DNA of 64,000 nucleotides from Octopus bimaculoides (taxonomy: Eukaryota), in NCBI RefSeq assembly GCF_001194135.2, contig NC_068983.1, positions 59,664,508-59,728,507 on the forward strand, given 5' to 3'. Every line of letters begins with the position of its first letter. The first letter of the stretch is position 1. This document shows, one piece after another, positions 26,739 through 40,134 of this stretch. Position numbers and translations under genes: made by a program. Below the pieces are notes generated by a model. It was not told the origin of the DNA, made no database searches, and saw only the letters and a program-made list of their open reading frames with translations.

Positions 26739-28513
26739 GTTGGTGCTTATTTGTTTAGTAACTAAAAATTTGTATAATTTCATTTTGTGTGTCTTTTTTT
26801 GTGGGGTGGGCACTGTTCATTTTCAGATTCAATAATTATTTATTCTTTTCAGTAGAAAGACTTTACAAACTTGGGGAAAAAGGAGAAAAAAATAACCAAA
26901 CAAACAAAGAATATAAACTCAGTTTGTCTGCTATTTATCAACTGTATTTTCACAGAATGTGCTTAGCATTCCAATACATTTATTAAAGCATCTTAACCCA
27001 TTCATTTGCATATTTCTGTTGAAATACACTGTCTTTATTACAATTAATTCATTAAATAATAAAACATTTATTGAAATATACTTGATATTATTAAGCTGGT
27101 GTTTTTAAAATAAATTTAGCATGAAATTTTGATGGAAAATTTTAATTTAGATCACTTTAACATGGGGAATCTGTATCAAAGATCTAGGGGGAATAGTAGG
27201 AGGGTTGATATCAAAATGGTCGATATTCTTCAGAAAGCTTCATCTTTATCACACAATATTCTTAGGGTAAATGACAAATATATATAAAGAATAAACATTG
27301 CATTCACTATAATTCTTTTAATATCTATATTTCAAAGGAGAAAAAAGAAACATTGTACATTTGTCCCATCTCACTTTATCATATTTTTTTTTTTTTGTGT
27401 GTGTCTTCCTTGATAAAGCACAATATGTAATGGAAATTGTATCAATAATTTCATACAAATGTATAACACCAGAGTGATGGTGTAATGCTTATCAATACTA
27501 CATGCTATCACACCTTGTGAAAAGCATGCTACAGAATTTTTGGAAAGATGGTGGATAATCATGTGAACTTCTGCCAAATCAGCTGCTAGCATATTGATGC
27601 CTAGGGAAGCAAAATGCTCAAGGTATGATGACTGTGAAGGGTATTCATCTGGTAGCACATTTCTAGACAGCTTCCAGTGGACTGATATTCTGGACAAGAT
27701 GGAAACTCCACATTGGAGATGCAAATATTTTTAGATATGTAGAATCAAATACTGCCCTTTAAAAAAAAACAAAAAACTTGTTTTTAAAATTTCAAAGCGA
27801 TTTCAGAGGCAGAATTCAAAGCATCCAACATTTTGTGGTAACTGTAAGGATTTTGTTTTTTTATTTTATAAGGAAATACATTAATAATGTATGAGTATAA
27901 GCTTGCAAGGATCCAAAAGTTAAGTTCTGCATCAGTTTTCTTTAAAACTTCTAGTCACTTCTATTGCAAGTAACATTTTTGTCGGATGAGCAACTGACAG
28001 TCTCAACAGGCTTTCTTTTCTATCTACTCTGTTATGTTTTGCGATTCATAAATATTTTATTCTTTGCTTTCAGTGATGTGGATACATTCAATTTCATGGA
28101 TATTTTGATACTTACATCTTGACAGTTTTCAATGAATGGCATTGTAAATCCTTTTTACATGAACACTATGCTGTATAAAAAGATATTACCTCATTCACAT
28201 TTGCAACAGCTGTTGTTGATATAAGAGCATGTGTCTCGAAAAATGAATGATAGCATTTGTATGGAGTTTTACATACATATGTGTGTGTGTGTGTGTATCA
28301 ATGAATGCAAATTTGTTCGAACATATCACAGTAGTCTCAAAATTAATTGAAGCGTTTTCTAGTTGTTGTTTAGCCTTAAGATAGTCCTAATTGAACCAAT
28401 GCATGATCAAAGGCAGCTCAGATATGCACATTCCTTTTTATTCAGTGTTTCTAAAACTACATTATTTTATGTGCCTTTTATGTTTTAAATTGGTAGGGTG
28501 AGTGATTTCAAGG

Positions 28514-28677
28514 AGATTTGGCAGTTATTTCTTGCAAGTTTAGTAATCATATTGAGACTCTGTCATTGGCTCATCTTTATAAAAAAAAAAGCAACATTAG
28601 TAGAGGACAAAAAAAATTGAGCCAATGACAGAGTCTCAATATGATTACTAAACTTGCAAGAAATAACTGCCAAATCT
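28514..28677. repeat. Perfect 60-bp inverted repeat with 44-nt spacer
   Basis: 28514-28573 is the exact reverse complement of 28618-28677. Confidence 0.97.
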
Positions 28678-28803
28678 GGGCTTATAAGCATTAGGTCATA
28701 GATTTAGTTCCTGAACAAGGCATTCATTTCACATTATTCGAGTCTACTCAACTGAAAATGAGTACAAACCAGCTCCTGGTGCAGTTCTCTCTTTTTCTCT
28801 TTC

Positions 28804-28929
<126 letters not shown>

Positions 28930-29019
28930 TCATTCTCAATGTTCCCCTGAGAGGAAGGTTCCAAGGGTGTTTGTGTCTACTCATGAGTACATGGTTAGTC
29001 CACATTACTCCATAAGTAG

Positions 29020-29225
29020 CATAGGGCCAGTTTCCTGGTTTCTCTGGTGTATATATTTCTCCCTAGATGGGACACCAATCTGTCACAGGATTATTCATTC
29101 CAGAGTGGAGTGGAGCAATGTGAAATGAAGTGTTTTGCTTAAGAACTCAATACATTGCCCCAGTTCAGGAATCAAAACCACTACCTTGAGTCCAGCACCC
29201 TAACATCTAAATCATGTACCTCTAC
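29020..29225 (-). mobile_element. Degenerate tRNA-derived SINE
   Basis: gtgaaatgaagtgttttgcttaagaac...ggaatcaaaaccac...ccctaacatctaa is a reversed head with body. Confidence 0.5.
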
Positions 29226-29292
29226 TCATGAGAACATAGGCATTTAAAACAATAAATGAATGTACGATGTAGTGTGAAGAAAAAAAAAATAC

Positions 29293-29364
29293 CTTCAAGA
29301 TTCACCATTCTTGATAAACATTTCAACAACCCACGGTGTGCACCAGTCCAAACTGTGAAGGTAA
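29293..29364 (-). other. Candidate antisense 72-nt exon
   Basis: Acceptor ttttattgtcttttgtcag and donor AAG|gtattt; open in phase 1 (TFTVWTGAHRGLLKCLSRMVNLE). An alternative donor at 29305 gives YLHSLDWCTPWVVEMFIKN. Unrecognised. Confidence 0.3.
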
Positions 29365-30002
29365 CTGACAAAAGACAATAAAACATTAATTACATGAAAA
29401 CACCATTACCACTTGCTTAACTTCACTAGCATCACTCTAATGGTCACATTAAATATGGGCAGTTTTCTGCTGTACCCTATACAAATGGCAAGATCGTACT
29501 CTGTCGAGAATAATGGCTAAACTTTGTTGTAGTTTATGTTGTTGTATAAATATTTTTAGTAACTGATAGATTTTTTCCCATTAATATTCATATAAATCAC
29601 AGTTTAATTTTTAATGATAATGAAACTTTTGATTGATGAATTTATTTGTTCACAAAACAAGCTACATAGTAATTACAAGCTATCATAGTCACTTTTCATC
29701 TTTGTAACAGTAAAAAATCATCCAGGCTCTCTTTCTCGTTCTCTCTTGCTCTCTTTCTCTATCTATCTATCTATCTATCTCTCACTCTCAAGATCCTATC
29801 CTAAACATTTGACCAGTTTTTTTAATCAAGAACCCCTTCAGAATATCCCACTAGTTCATAGTTTTCTACTAAACACTTTATAGTAATTATAACATATCAA
29901 CACCTTCTAGTGCAGAAGCCAATAGGAAACCTAAGTATGGCTCTATGTAGTTTTTCAACCTGCCAGAAATAGAAACAAAAGCTCCCTCAGTTCATACCTT
30001 AT

Positions 30003-30239
30003 CTCAACTGGGGTCCCTATGGTCCTTGAGGGTACATATAAGATTTTGTCTTTAAAGTCTATGCGAAATATATTGGTTACACTTCTACAATACACAAAAT
30101 ATTTTAACAATCTTTTTATACAGTCCATTATGATATTTAATTATAAAAATATAATAGAAGTTTTTAAACATTGAATCATTATGAGGGTCCATAGGATTTG
30201 AAAGGGTTCATAGGTTAAAAAATGGTTGAGAACCACTGT
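30003..30239. mobile_element. hAT-like MITE, left end degraded
   Basis: Right end ggttgagaaccactg is the reverse of a CAGTGGTTCTCAACC-type TIR; the left end retains ctcaactgggg. Confidence 0.5.
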
Positions 30240-32271
30240 TCTAGTTATAAAATCATCATCTGTCTTCTGTGCTTGCATGGATTAGACATTTGATGGGATT
30301 AAGCAGGCTGAAGGAATGCGTTGTCTCCCAGTATCTGTTTTGGCATGGTTTCTATGGCTGGATGCCTTCCCTAAAACCAACCTCTTTTCTGAGTGCATGT
30401 CTGGTAAAAAATTTGAGATGGTCACGGATGGACCATTATTGTTCAGCATTAATCTTCGACTAAACAGAGATGATACATATAACCATTTAAATAATACCAC
30501 ACAGCTCTATAAGAATATAAATACGTATATATAGTACAAAACAATGAAAATATATTTGGTGGATAAAATTTTACTCATTTTTATATTGCCAAATTACTGT
30601 ACTCACCAAGTTTTCTTTCTTTTTTTCTCTTTTAAGGAATTCCTTTAATATTCAAGTTTGGTTCTTCAACAGTATTTATTACTGTTTCAGTTTTGGTTTT
30701 TTTCTAGCTTGGAGCATCTTATGCTTGATCATGTAATTCCATTCTCTTTATTTACCGCATCACTCTCTATTCCATTTCATATAATATATTATTCCTTCCT
30801 CACATAGTATGTGGCTGCACAATCCATTCAGTCTTTCTTCCATCAATCTAAACATTTAAATTGAGTTGTCAGTTTTCCTGTAGAGCCAAATCCATGAAGC
30901 AAATCTGCTATCATGCTCCATTATCCTTCATCTGCACAGAAGTTTTGAAGCATGCTCTCTTTACATTGCTTCCAATTTACTCTAGTAGCCTTTCAATTTA
31001 GTAGTGAGCCACCATGATTTTCATTTTCATCTAATGTTCATATTGGCTATTTAGGTTATGAGATTTACTCCCAATGTAGTACCACAAGAATCAAAATAAA
31101 AATAAAAAAAGAAAGAATAAAAATTCATGCATTTAGCTTATTGCTTCTGGTAACCATGGTAACTAAATAATGTTTGCTGAATATCTAAGTTAATGAGTAA
31201 GGAAAGACTTTCTGAATCAGTTCAACTCAACAGTCACAAAATATAAAGAGGGAGAGAAAGAATTTAGCAAGAGAGCAAATAAAAACCATTCCTTAATTCC
31301 TGATAGACAGTTTCATGTCAATTGCAATATGTAATACGAAACCAAAGCCATGTGAAAAAGATTTTACCATTTCATGGTCATAGGTCTTTAGTTTCTCTCA
31401 CAGAGATTAAAACTTCAATAAACTTTCTGCACACATGATAAGGCAATGTGCTGATGATAAAAAGACATCTATGAAATGGAAAGAATATAAGAGAGGGAAA
31501 GAAAAAAAGATAAAGGAGAGGAAAAAGTGAATGAAGGAAAATGAGAATGTTTTTCATCTCTTGTACAAAAGTTTAGATGTAATATAGATACATGTTTAAA
31601 AGTTGTGCAATATAATTTACTTTCTAGTTCTAGTTAGTTATCACATATTCAGATCAATATTTATTCTTTGGTTAGGTATACTGACACAAATAGAATAAGG
31701 TGGTTTTCTCCCATGGATACAGTCCAAGCTAGTCAGCAATTTCACATGTTTAACATATGAGAAATCTATAAAATAATATTTCTCAGTGTGTAACAGTCTT
31801 TTCAGTAATGTTCGGTTCTTTTCTTCAATATTACTCCATTAAATGCATCTTGGCTTCAGGATGTGTCTGAGAGAAAAAAAAAATGTAAAAAAACAAAAAA
31901 AAGAAGACTTCCATTGAGCACCCCATTTTTGCTTCAATATTTCTTTTACAGTATTTTAAAAATAGTTTTTCTTTTTAATCAACTAATATAAAAAAAAAGA
32001 ATAACTATCCAGCAGTGACCAAACAGTCCTACGCTTTAATCTTTTCTCTTGCCTAAAGGAATCAATATAAACTCAAATACATATCTATAGAACTCCAGAA
32101 GAACCATGGTAGGATATGTTGAGAAGATTCCATCAAATAAAGAAAAATAATTGAGTATGCTAGCTTACAATATTTTTGGAAAAGAGTAAGTATAAGGGTT
32201 CAGAGCCTTAAAAGCTTCATTTCTTTTCAATGAACTGATTCTAAGTGGGGGGGATCTAAACCAATCTTTTA

Positions 32272-32628
32272 TCTTTTACTTGTTTCAGTCATTAGACTGT
32301 AGCCATGCTGGAGCACCACCTTCAAGATTGTTTTAGTCAAATGAATCAACTCCAGTACTTATTTTTAAGTCTGGTACTTATTCTATCGGTGACTTTTACA
32401 GTGAGGTATACAAACCAACACCGGTTGTCAAGCAGTAGTGGAAAACAAACAGAAACACAAACACACACAAACACATGACAGGTTTCTTTCAGTTTCCATC
32501 TACCAAATCCATTCATAAAGCTTTGGTGAGCCCAAGGCTATAGTAGAAGACATTTGTATAAGGTACATTACAGTGGGACTGAACTTGGAACCATGTGATT
32601 AGGAAGCAAACTTCTTACCACACAGCCA
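32272..32628 (-). mobile_element. tRNA-derived SINE, family A
   Basis: Collinear with 5841-6218. Confidence 0.85.
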
Positions 32629-32839
32629 GCTTATTTTTTTTCTTTACTTGTTGAGTATGGAGGAAGGGACACTGGTTATACTGTTTCAGGTGCTGAGTCT
32701 GATGAGCTTAATGTCATTAATGTTTTCTTTAAACTGTGGCAGATCAACACCTATAGAAAAGATATGAGCAGGGAAGGAATATCAGAAGACTGATATTCTG
32801 AGGAGAAAGGACTAAGTATAATGGTTAGTGATGGTGGAA

Positions 32840-33200
32840 GTAGGGCACAAGGGGTTTGGTTGCATTAGGGAAAGACAAGTGGGTTGGGGGATGCCTGGGT
32901 GGTGGAGTATGAGACTATACAGCTCAAATAAACAGGGGCCATTTTGGTAGCTATAGAAAAGGCAGAGAGAAGAGACAGCATGCTTGTAGGCTTGATGCTG
33001 GGGCATGTCTGTAAGTGATCGAATACCAATTAGTCAAGTGGCCCTTTTCTTGATGTGGTCCAGAATGAGTATGTCTAGTGACAGCACCAGTGTGAAAGCA
33101 TTACTCCATTGTAGGCCTCACTCTAGCTTTGTAGAGAATTAGGTATTGGGGCCACATCCAAGTCTATAGAATGGGGTCCTAGCAATGCTAAGGATGTGCT
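32840..33200 (-). mobile_element. CR1-group (Daphne/Crack-like) LINE post-RT fragment
   Basis: Minus strand YKARVRPTME*CFH...LDHIKKRAT*LIG...HAVSSLCLFYSYQNGPCLFELYSLI resembles YKAQVRPxMEYCSH...HRRxVASLSLFYRY. Confidence 0.65.
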
Positions 33201-34173
33201 TTCTCACAGAGAAATCATCATACACCTTTTTTTTTCATTTCATTAGCCCCATAGCGATTTACTTCCAGAGCCCTTAATAACAACATTGTATTTCTTTCTA
33301 ACCCAGAACTGCATTCTTCAGAAAGTATTATTTTCTTGTTTTTCCTCCAGCTACTAAATAGTAAGAGTCCAAATTAAATAATAAATGTCCTAGCCTCAGC
33401 TGTCCTTACTTTCCCAGTCAAAGACAGCCTAAATATATGAGCACCACTGCATCCGCTTCCTCCTTCTCTTCCTTTTCTTCCTATTCCCCTCCTCCTCTCT
33501 CTCCTTCATCTCCAAACTAATAATTTCTAACTTAGGCACAAAGCCATGATTAATTACATCAACCCCAGTGTTTGATTGGTAATTACTTTATCGACTGTTG
33601 AAAGATGAAAAGCTAAGTCTATCTTGTTAGCATTTGAACCCTGAATATCCCCAAGCATTTTGTCTGATGTTCTATCAATTTTTTTTGTTTTGTTTTCAAT
33701 TTTAGCAATGGACTTTTTGTAATGATGATCCTTTTTATTTCAAGATCTCTTATTATTTGCCCTATGACAGGCTTTTGACATTAAAAGATACATTTTCTGA
33801 ACAGAATGTGTTACCACTACACTTACTTCAAATCTTTTAGAGACAGACTTGCTTGTATCAAAGCAGGTGTAAATGCATGGGTGTTTGTGCTTATAAAGAC
33901 AGAATATATACAGAAGCACACACACAGTTAAACCAATAAATACGTACATCTCCAAACCTGACGTCCCACAAGTAAGGCAATATTTAATATTACTAAATTA
34001 AATGTTGTTTTCCCAATATATATACATAACTATAAAACACATACATGCACACATATTTATATATTTTCTCTCCTATGTCACTGGCTATTGTGCATTTGAT
34101 ATCTTCTTGGAATATCCACTGGTAAGTGTTCTTGGGCAGGTACTTTTCCCATTTTTGTATGTGTGTGTGTGAT

Positions 34174-34209
<36 letters not shown>

Positions 34210-34775
34210 CATGCATATATATACACTTGTTTTATCTGCATTTGAAAGCAAGACTTAGAATTTAACACAAATAGTGTCAAAAAGAATATAATTGAGTTCT
34301 TAGACAAAATTATTTCAAAAATCTTAACTACAATGAAAGTACTTGTATATGAAAATTATATTTATGCACTAATAATAAACTGTATGTAAGACACGTGTTA
34401 AAACTAAATTTCCAGAAAGGAATAATTGCTTCTTGAATGATTTTCCTATGCTCAAAGTAAATGAATATGATCAATAAAAATATTTCTGTTGCATTGGTTA
34501 CCATTTGTTGAACTATGGCAACTAATCAAGACTTCTTATTTTTAAATACATTCCTCAAATCTGAGAGAAAATATGCAATCTTCATTTACAATTTCATTGA
34601 ATCTTATTTAATTCTCTTTCAATATTTGTCTTTTCTCTTTCTTCCAAGAGATTTCTATTATTTTATATTCTATCCCTTACCATCACTTTCTTCTGTCTCT
34701 CTGCCACCTTATCAATCTGTTTATTTCTGTCTGTCTACCTGTCTCTCTTTCTGTATGTATAATATATACATGCCT

Positions 34776-35482
34776 CCAGATGACTTCAGAATCTCATGCG
34801 ACTCTTCTGAATGGTCTCCTTGTTTAAGTTGGTGAATTCTGCCATCATCCTTGCCTTCAGTTCCTCTTTGATGTTAAAATGAGATTTGTTGGTCTCTCAC
34901 TCAACCGCAAACCACACATAATAATCAAGGAAGTTGCAGCTTGGGGAGTTAGGTAGCCAGATGTTAGAGTAGATGTGGTCGCAGAAATTGTTTCACAGCC
35001 ATGACTGGGTTCTCTTGCTTGTATAGCAAGGTTCAGAGTCCTGTTGCCAGACATGGTCTTCCAGCAACCACCGTCTTGACCCAGAGCAGCACTACCTCCT
35101 CCAGGCACTTGATGTAGGACTCCATGTTGAGTCTGAGGCAATGTGGGAAGAAGAATGGAGGCATAATGTCACCATCACTAGTTGTCACTCCAAACTGCAT
35201 GATGTTGACTGGATGTTTGATTTCCCATTACTCTCAGTACATGTCCTCTGATCGACACCCAAACACTCTGAAATGTTCATATTGGAGCTTCTGGCATGAA
35301 TGCAAAACATGTCATTTCCAAATTTCTTGCTGAGTAAATTGTGTCATGGTGCTGTTTCTCTCACAGACAGTGCCCAACTGACCCTACTATACTATGTAGT
35401 TGACAAAATCAAAACCAAATAATGTGCATGTGTGAAATTAAAAATGTAAAATGGTGACAATTTACCCATAAGCCTCTGTATG
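34776..35482 (-). mobile_element. Tc1/mariner-superfamily DD37D (maT-type) transposon, internally deleted, with pseudogenised transposase
   Basis: KHPVNIMQFGVTTSDGDIMPPFFF...WQQDSEPCYTSKRTQSWL*NNFCDHIYSNIWLPNSPSCNFLDYYVW has 37 residues between the last two Asp. A terminal-like end lies at about 35420-35482. Confidence 0.85.
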
Positions 35483-35487
35483 TACAC

Positions 35488-35525
<38 letters not shown>

Positions 35526-35961
35526 CATGTATATATACATATATGTATACATACATATGTATACACATGTACATGCATATGTGCTCACATACACACACAT
35601 ATACACACATACATATTTTCATAATTTATATTAAACACATCTTCATGTTGATTTTGGTTTTATGCATTGTCTTTTCTTCTCTTTCTTCCACATTTCCTCT
35701 TCTTTTTCCTCTTTCTCATATACATTCCATTTTCTCCATCTTGACTGTCTCTGTGTATCTTTTATTCATATCTAATCAATATAAAACTAATCATTCTCAC
35801 AACCTATTATAGTACTCTCAAGGAAAATACAAGCATTGACCAGACCTTTCTTTTAATCTACATATTTGAACAACTTGTAATAAGTATATCATGGGGGAAA
35901 ACACAAACAGATGTTTGTACGTGAAGACACAGCACAAATATATATGCATACTGTCTGTTTG

Positions 35962-36010
<49 letters not shown>

Positions 36011-36299
36011 TTTTCTCTCTCTGTATTTCACTCTCTCTCTCTCTCTTTCATTGATTGTCTATATGTATGTAGGTAGAGAGAGTACATACATACATACATA
36101 CATACATACATACATACATACATACATAGACACATACATACAGACTGGCTGTCCACTTGCAACTGAGGAAAACCATCACTGACCATTGTCCATGCAAAAT
36201 GTTGGCAGTGGTCATGCATAAGGTTACTGCACCTACAGTTAGCATCACCTGAGTTCATGCATGCAACTTCCAAACTTGCTATGGTGCCTTCCTACTTGA

Positions 36300-36700
36300 C
36301 TGAGCAACAGCCTAAAATTTTAGATCCAATAAGATTTGCACAATGCCTCACAGGCCCTCTCCACCCTATTGACACAATCCAGAGACAAGCCAGAACAAGA
36401 TATCCAGTGTCAATATGGGTTGCAGACTCAGGAATGTGGGAGCATCATGACCACATGTGCAAGCAAAAGATCCCAAAAATGTTCAATGATATTCACTACA
36501 TATCTGGTTTTATACAGAGTGACCTTCTCTTTAAAACGTGTTAACAAAAGTTAAGGGGTGCCTCACTTCCAGTTGTCTTCCAGCATACCAAACAACAGCC
36601 CAGAATTTTTGAGGAATCTTGCTATTTCTAGATAGTTGTTGAACTAACACTAACTTCATCCATCCTTTTGACAGGTCTGGTTTTCAGTCCTGCTGGGTTT
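36300..36700 (-). mobile_element. Probable degenerate RTE LINE 3' fragment
   Basis: SKIPQK...HVLKR...LNI pattern loosely resembles RTE RIPKQLL...RFKDVCKRDMK; many frameshifts. Confidence 0.35.
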
Positions 36701-37819
36701 CAAGCAAGCCTAGTTGGGGTGCCAGTTTATTACTATTATCAGAGAATGTAGATATGTATTTTAATACTTTTGTGATAACCAGTACTTAACACAACAAAGC
36801 TCATACAAAGCTTTACATTTTACTTTTGACAATATTTTTCTAAAAAAGTGAAACCAGCCAAGTGAATAAACATCTTTAAAATTACAAACCTTCTTTCATA
36901 TTTATTTACACATGTGCTGTACCTTACAACTTAGATGAATATGGTACTTCAGTTGAGGCACCAGAATTTTGTACGGTATTATCCATACAACTTCAAAATA
37001 AGGTGATTAAAATCAAAATAAGCAGCAAGGATATCCAGAGGTAATGTAGTACGATCATTTCACGGAACTCCATTTAATTGAACGATGCAACCATTGCATC
37101 AATTCAAATGCAGAGCAATCTTCAGCTGCACAAAGACATAGAATTTAATTAAAACAGATGGACACATTAGTATAACTTTACTTAAGATCTCCAAGAAGTT
37201 GAGGCGATAGACAAAGGATATGCTGTCTTCACTTCAGCTTATATATGTTTATGTATATATATATATATATATGTTTATGTATATATATATANNNNNNNNN
37301 NNNNNNNNNNNNNNNNNNNNNNNNNNNNNNNNNNNNNNNNNNNNNNNNNNNNNNNNNNNNNNNNNNNNNNNNNNNNNNNNNNNNNNNNNNNNNNNNNNNN
37401 NNNNNNNNNNNNNNNNNNNNNNNNATATATATATATATATATATATATATATACTACAAGCACACTAAGCAAGGATAAAATAAACCTGTGTACATCTATA
37501 TTTAACATTCTCATGTGCATTCAGATATGGAAAGATATTCCCTGTGGAAATTATCTCAGAGAATACATTATCATCATAGACTATGAGTGTAAAAAATTGA
37601 GCTGGAATGCAGATGATATCATTGGACTGCAAGACACATGTTTCAGCATAACTGCACTTCATCAGTTACAGTTATAGCCTAGTAAGAACTGCCGTTCCCA
37701 TATATAAACAGTTTGTTGTTGTATGCAAATCTTAGTCAAGCTCAGTTTATTTTTGCACGCATAAGTTATAAGAATATCTTCTTCAAGACAATATGCATGT
37801 GTTATGTACATTATATTTA

Positions 37820-37855
<36 letters not shown>

Positions 37856-37940
37856 ATGTGTGTATGTGGAGGGAGTGATGTGTGGGTGTGTTATATTATA
37901 TACATCACATTACCATTTGCCCTTTACTTACAGTAAGAGT

Positions 37941-38007
<67 letters not shown>

Positions 38008-38319
38008 CCTTTTGATACCTGCAGAAGTCAAAGATCTCTGAACTTCCCCATTACACCAGTCTTACTTGCTACTAAGATTTTGGAACAAACATCATGACTG
38101 CTAACTAGGTCACCTACATAATAAAAGCTATCTACTACTTCTTCACAGCATGTTAAGCATTTGAAAGAATCTATTTCACATGTACTCTTAATGCTAACAG
38201 CCCCTGTGCACCTGCTACATAAAAAGGCTTCATTCCTTGAGATCCCACAACACTATTTCTGCATCTAAAATTTGCCACCAAGCAATTTCTACTTATTTCT
38301 TTTGTACTTAACAAGTACG

Positions 38320-38377
<58 letters not shown>

Positions 38378-39859
38378 GGTAGGTTGTGCATTTAAGAAGC
38401 ATGCTTTCCAAGTACATGGTTTCAGTTTCAGTCCTATTGTGTAGCACCTAGGTAAACATTTTCTTTTATAGACCCAGGCTGATGAGAGCCTTGTCGTAGA
38501 TGGAAAGTGAAAGAACCCCATTGTACATATATTTTTCTCTCTCTCTATCAATCTATCTATCTATCTATATTTATATATTTATATAGGTATATATATATTT
38601 GTATGTATATGTATGTATATATGTATATGCATGTATATATGAATATACAAATATACTTACTTATAAATGCAATATATGTATACACACACACACACATGCA
38701 CACACACAAATATAAGCTTACAGTCTTGCTATTGATATGTTTGTACATTATCTTACATATAATTATACACGCACCTACATATGTATACATACATACACAC
38801 ATAAATATGTGTTTATTGATTTGCTTATTCTTCCTCAAAAATTGCTGTAATTCTGACTCTGTAAATTGTATTTGGAAATTTTGCTCCTAACTCACCTCCA
38901 CATCCACACACACACACACACACACAAGTAGATTCTCTGAAATTCTTTTCTCTATCCAATTGATTATCTCTTTCTTTCATTTCTTTCCCTTCTGTCTTTA
39001 CCCCCAGCTCTTTTATTATATTAGTTTCTGCTGTCGACAGCCATAAGTATATTCCCTCAGTGTTTCAGGCTCCATTAGTGGCATCTTTTTAGCAATGAAA
39101 CTTTTGATAAGATTTTGCTCTTTCCCTTTTATATGAATCACATTTATGCTGCTATCATTTCATCTAATTCTCTCTTATCATATAATCAGTTTTTCTTTCT
39201 GCTTCTACCTACTTGTATCCTTATTTCTGCTTTTTTTTTTACCCTCCTCTTTAGTCAGCTGTCTAGAATAAATTGAAATGTTTATCACATTACATCTTTT
39301 GTTATCTCCCCCACTTACTCTTACTTTCTTTCACCTTATCTAATCAACTATCTGTCTACCTACATATTTATCTATTCATCAATATAGCCATCTAAATATA
39401 TCTCACATCACACACCTTTCTCCATACTGTACAAGTTGGGCTGATTTGTCAAACTCCATTTGCATGCCATCTTGTGGTCTTGGTAAAGCTGTATCATTAG
39501 ATATTTATACTTTTGGCTAACAACTTTATTATAGTGAGTATTTAGTATTTATTTTCTTGAAGTGTTGAAAGTTTAAATATGTATATATTTTGTTAGGGTT
39601 TGAAGTTATTAACTTATGAATTATAAGTCCAGTGCCTAAACAACTCTGCCACAACTTGCTTTTTATTTGTGTTTGTGTGTGTGCTAAATTATGTATAATC
39701 GATGCATGCATTGCTGTATGCATAAGAGGATGATTCAACCTTCCAGCTAACTGCACAGTAACTTGGACAAATTTTCTTCAACTATAGTATCAAGCTGACC
39801 AATTTTGAGTGAATGAAATTGGTAAATGAAACTCATTCATGATATATATACATGCTAGT

Positions 39860-40069
39860 ATGCTACATTTACCAAAATGTATTGTTATAGAGATGAGCAA
39901 AACAGCTAGTAAAAACGAAGTACTTTTCACCTGAGGAGACACATCTGCACCTAGGATGCATGACAATTGTTTGGGCTGCATCTCACGTATAAGGTACCGG
40001 TGCATGATAGGTCAAATTGGTTATAGTGGTTCTTAATAAAGAGTCTTGTGTATTCCATTTTCTATCTCG

Positions 40070-40134
<65 letters not shown>

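Noticed and set aside
27371-27724. 117-aa minus-strand ORF with protein-like appearance
   Set aside because: The plus strand has fragments resembling an RTE C-terminus (LPNQLL...TFLDS...LDKM...WR) across frameshifts; it is probably an antisense shadow. Not confirmed.
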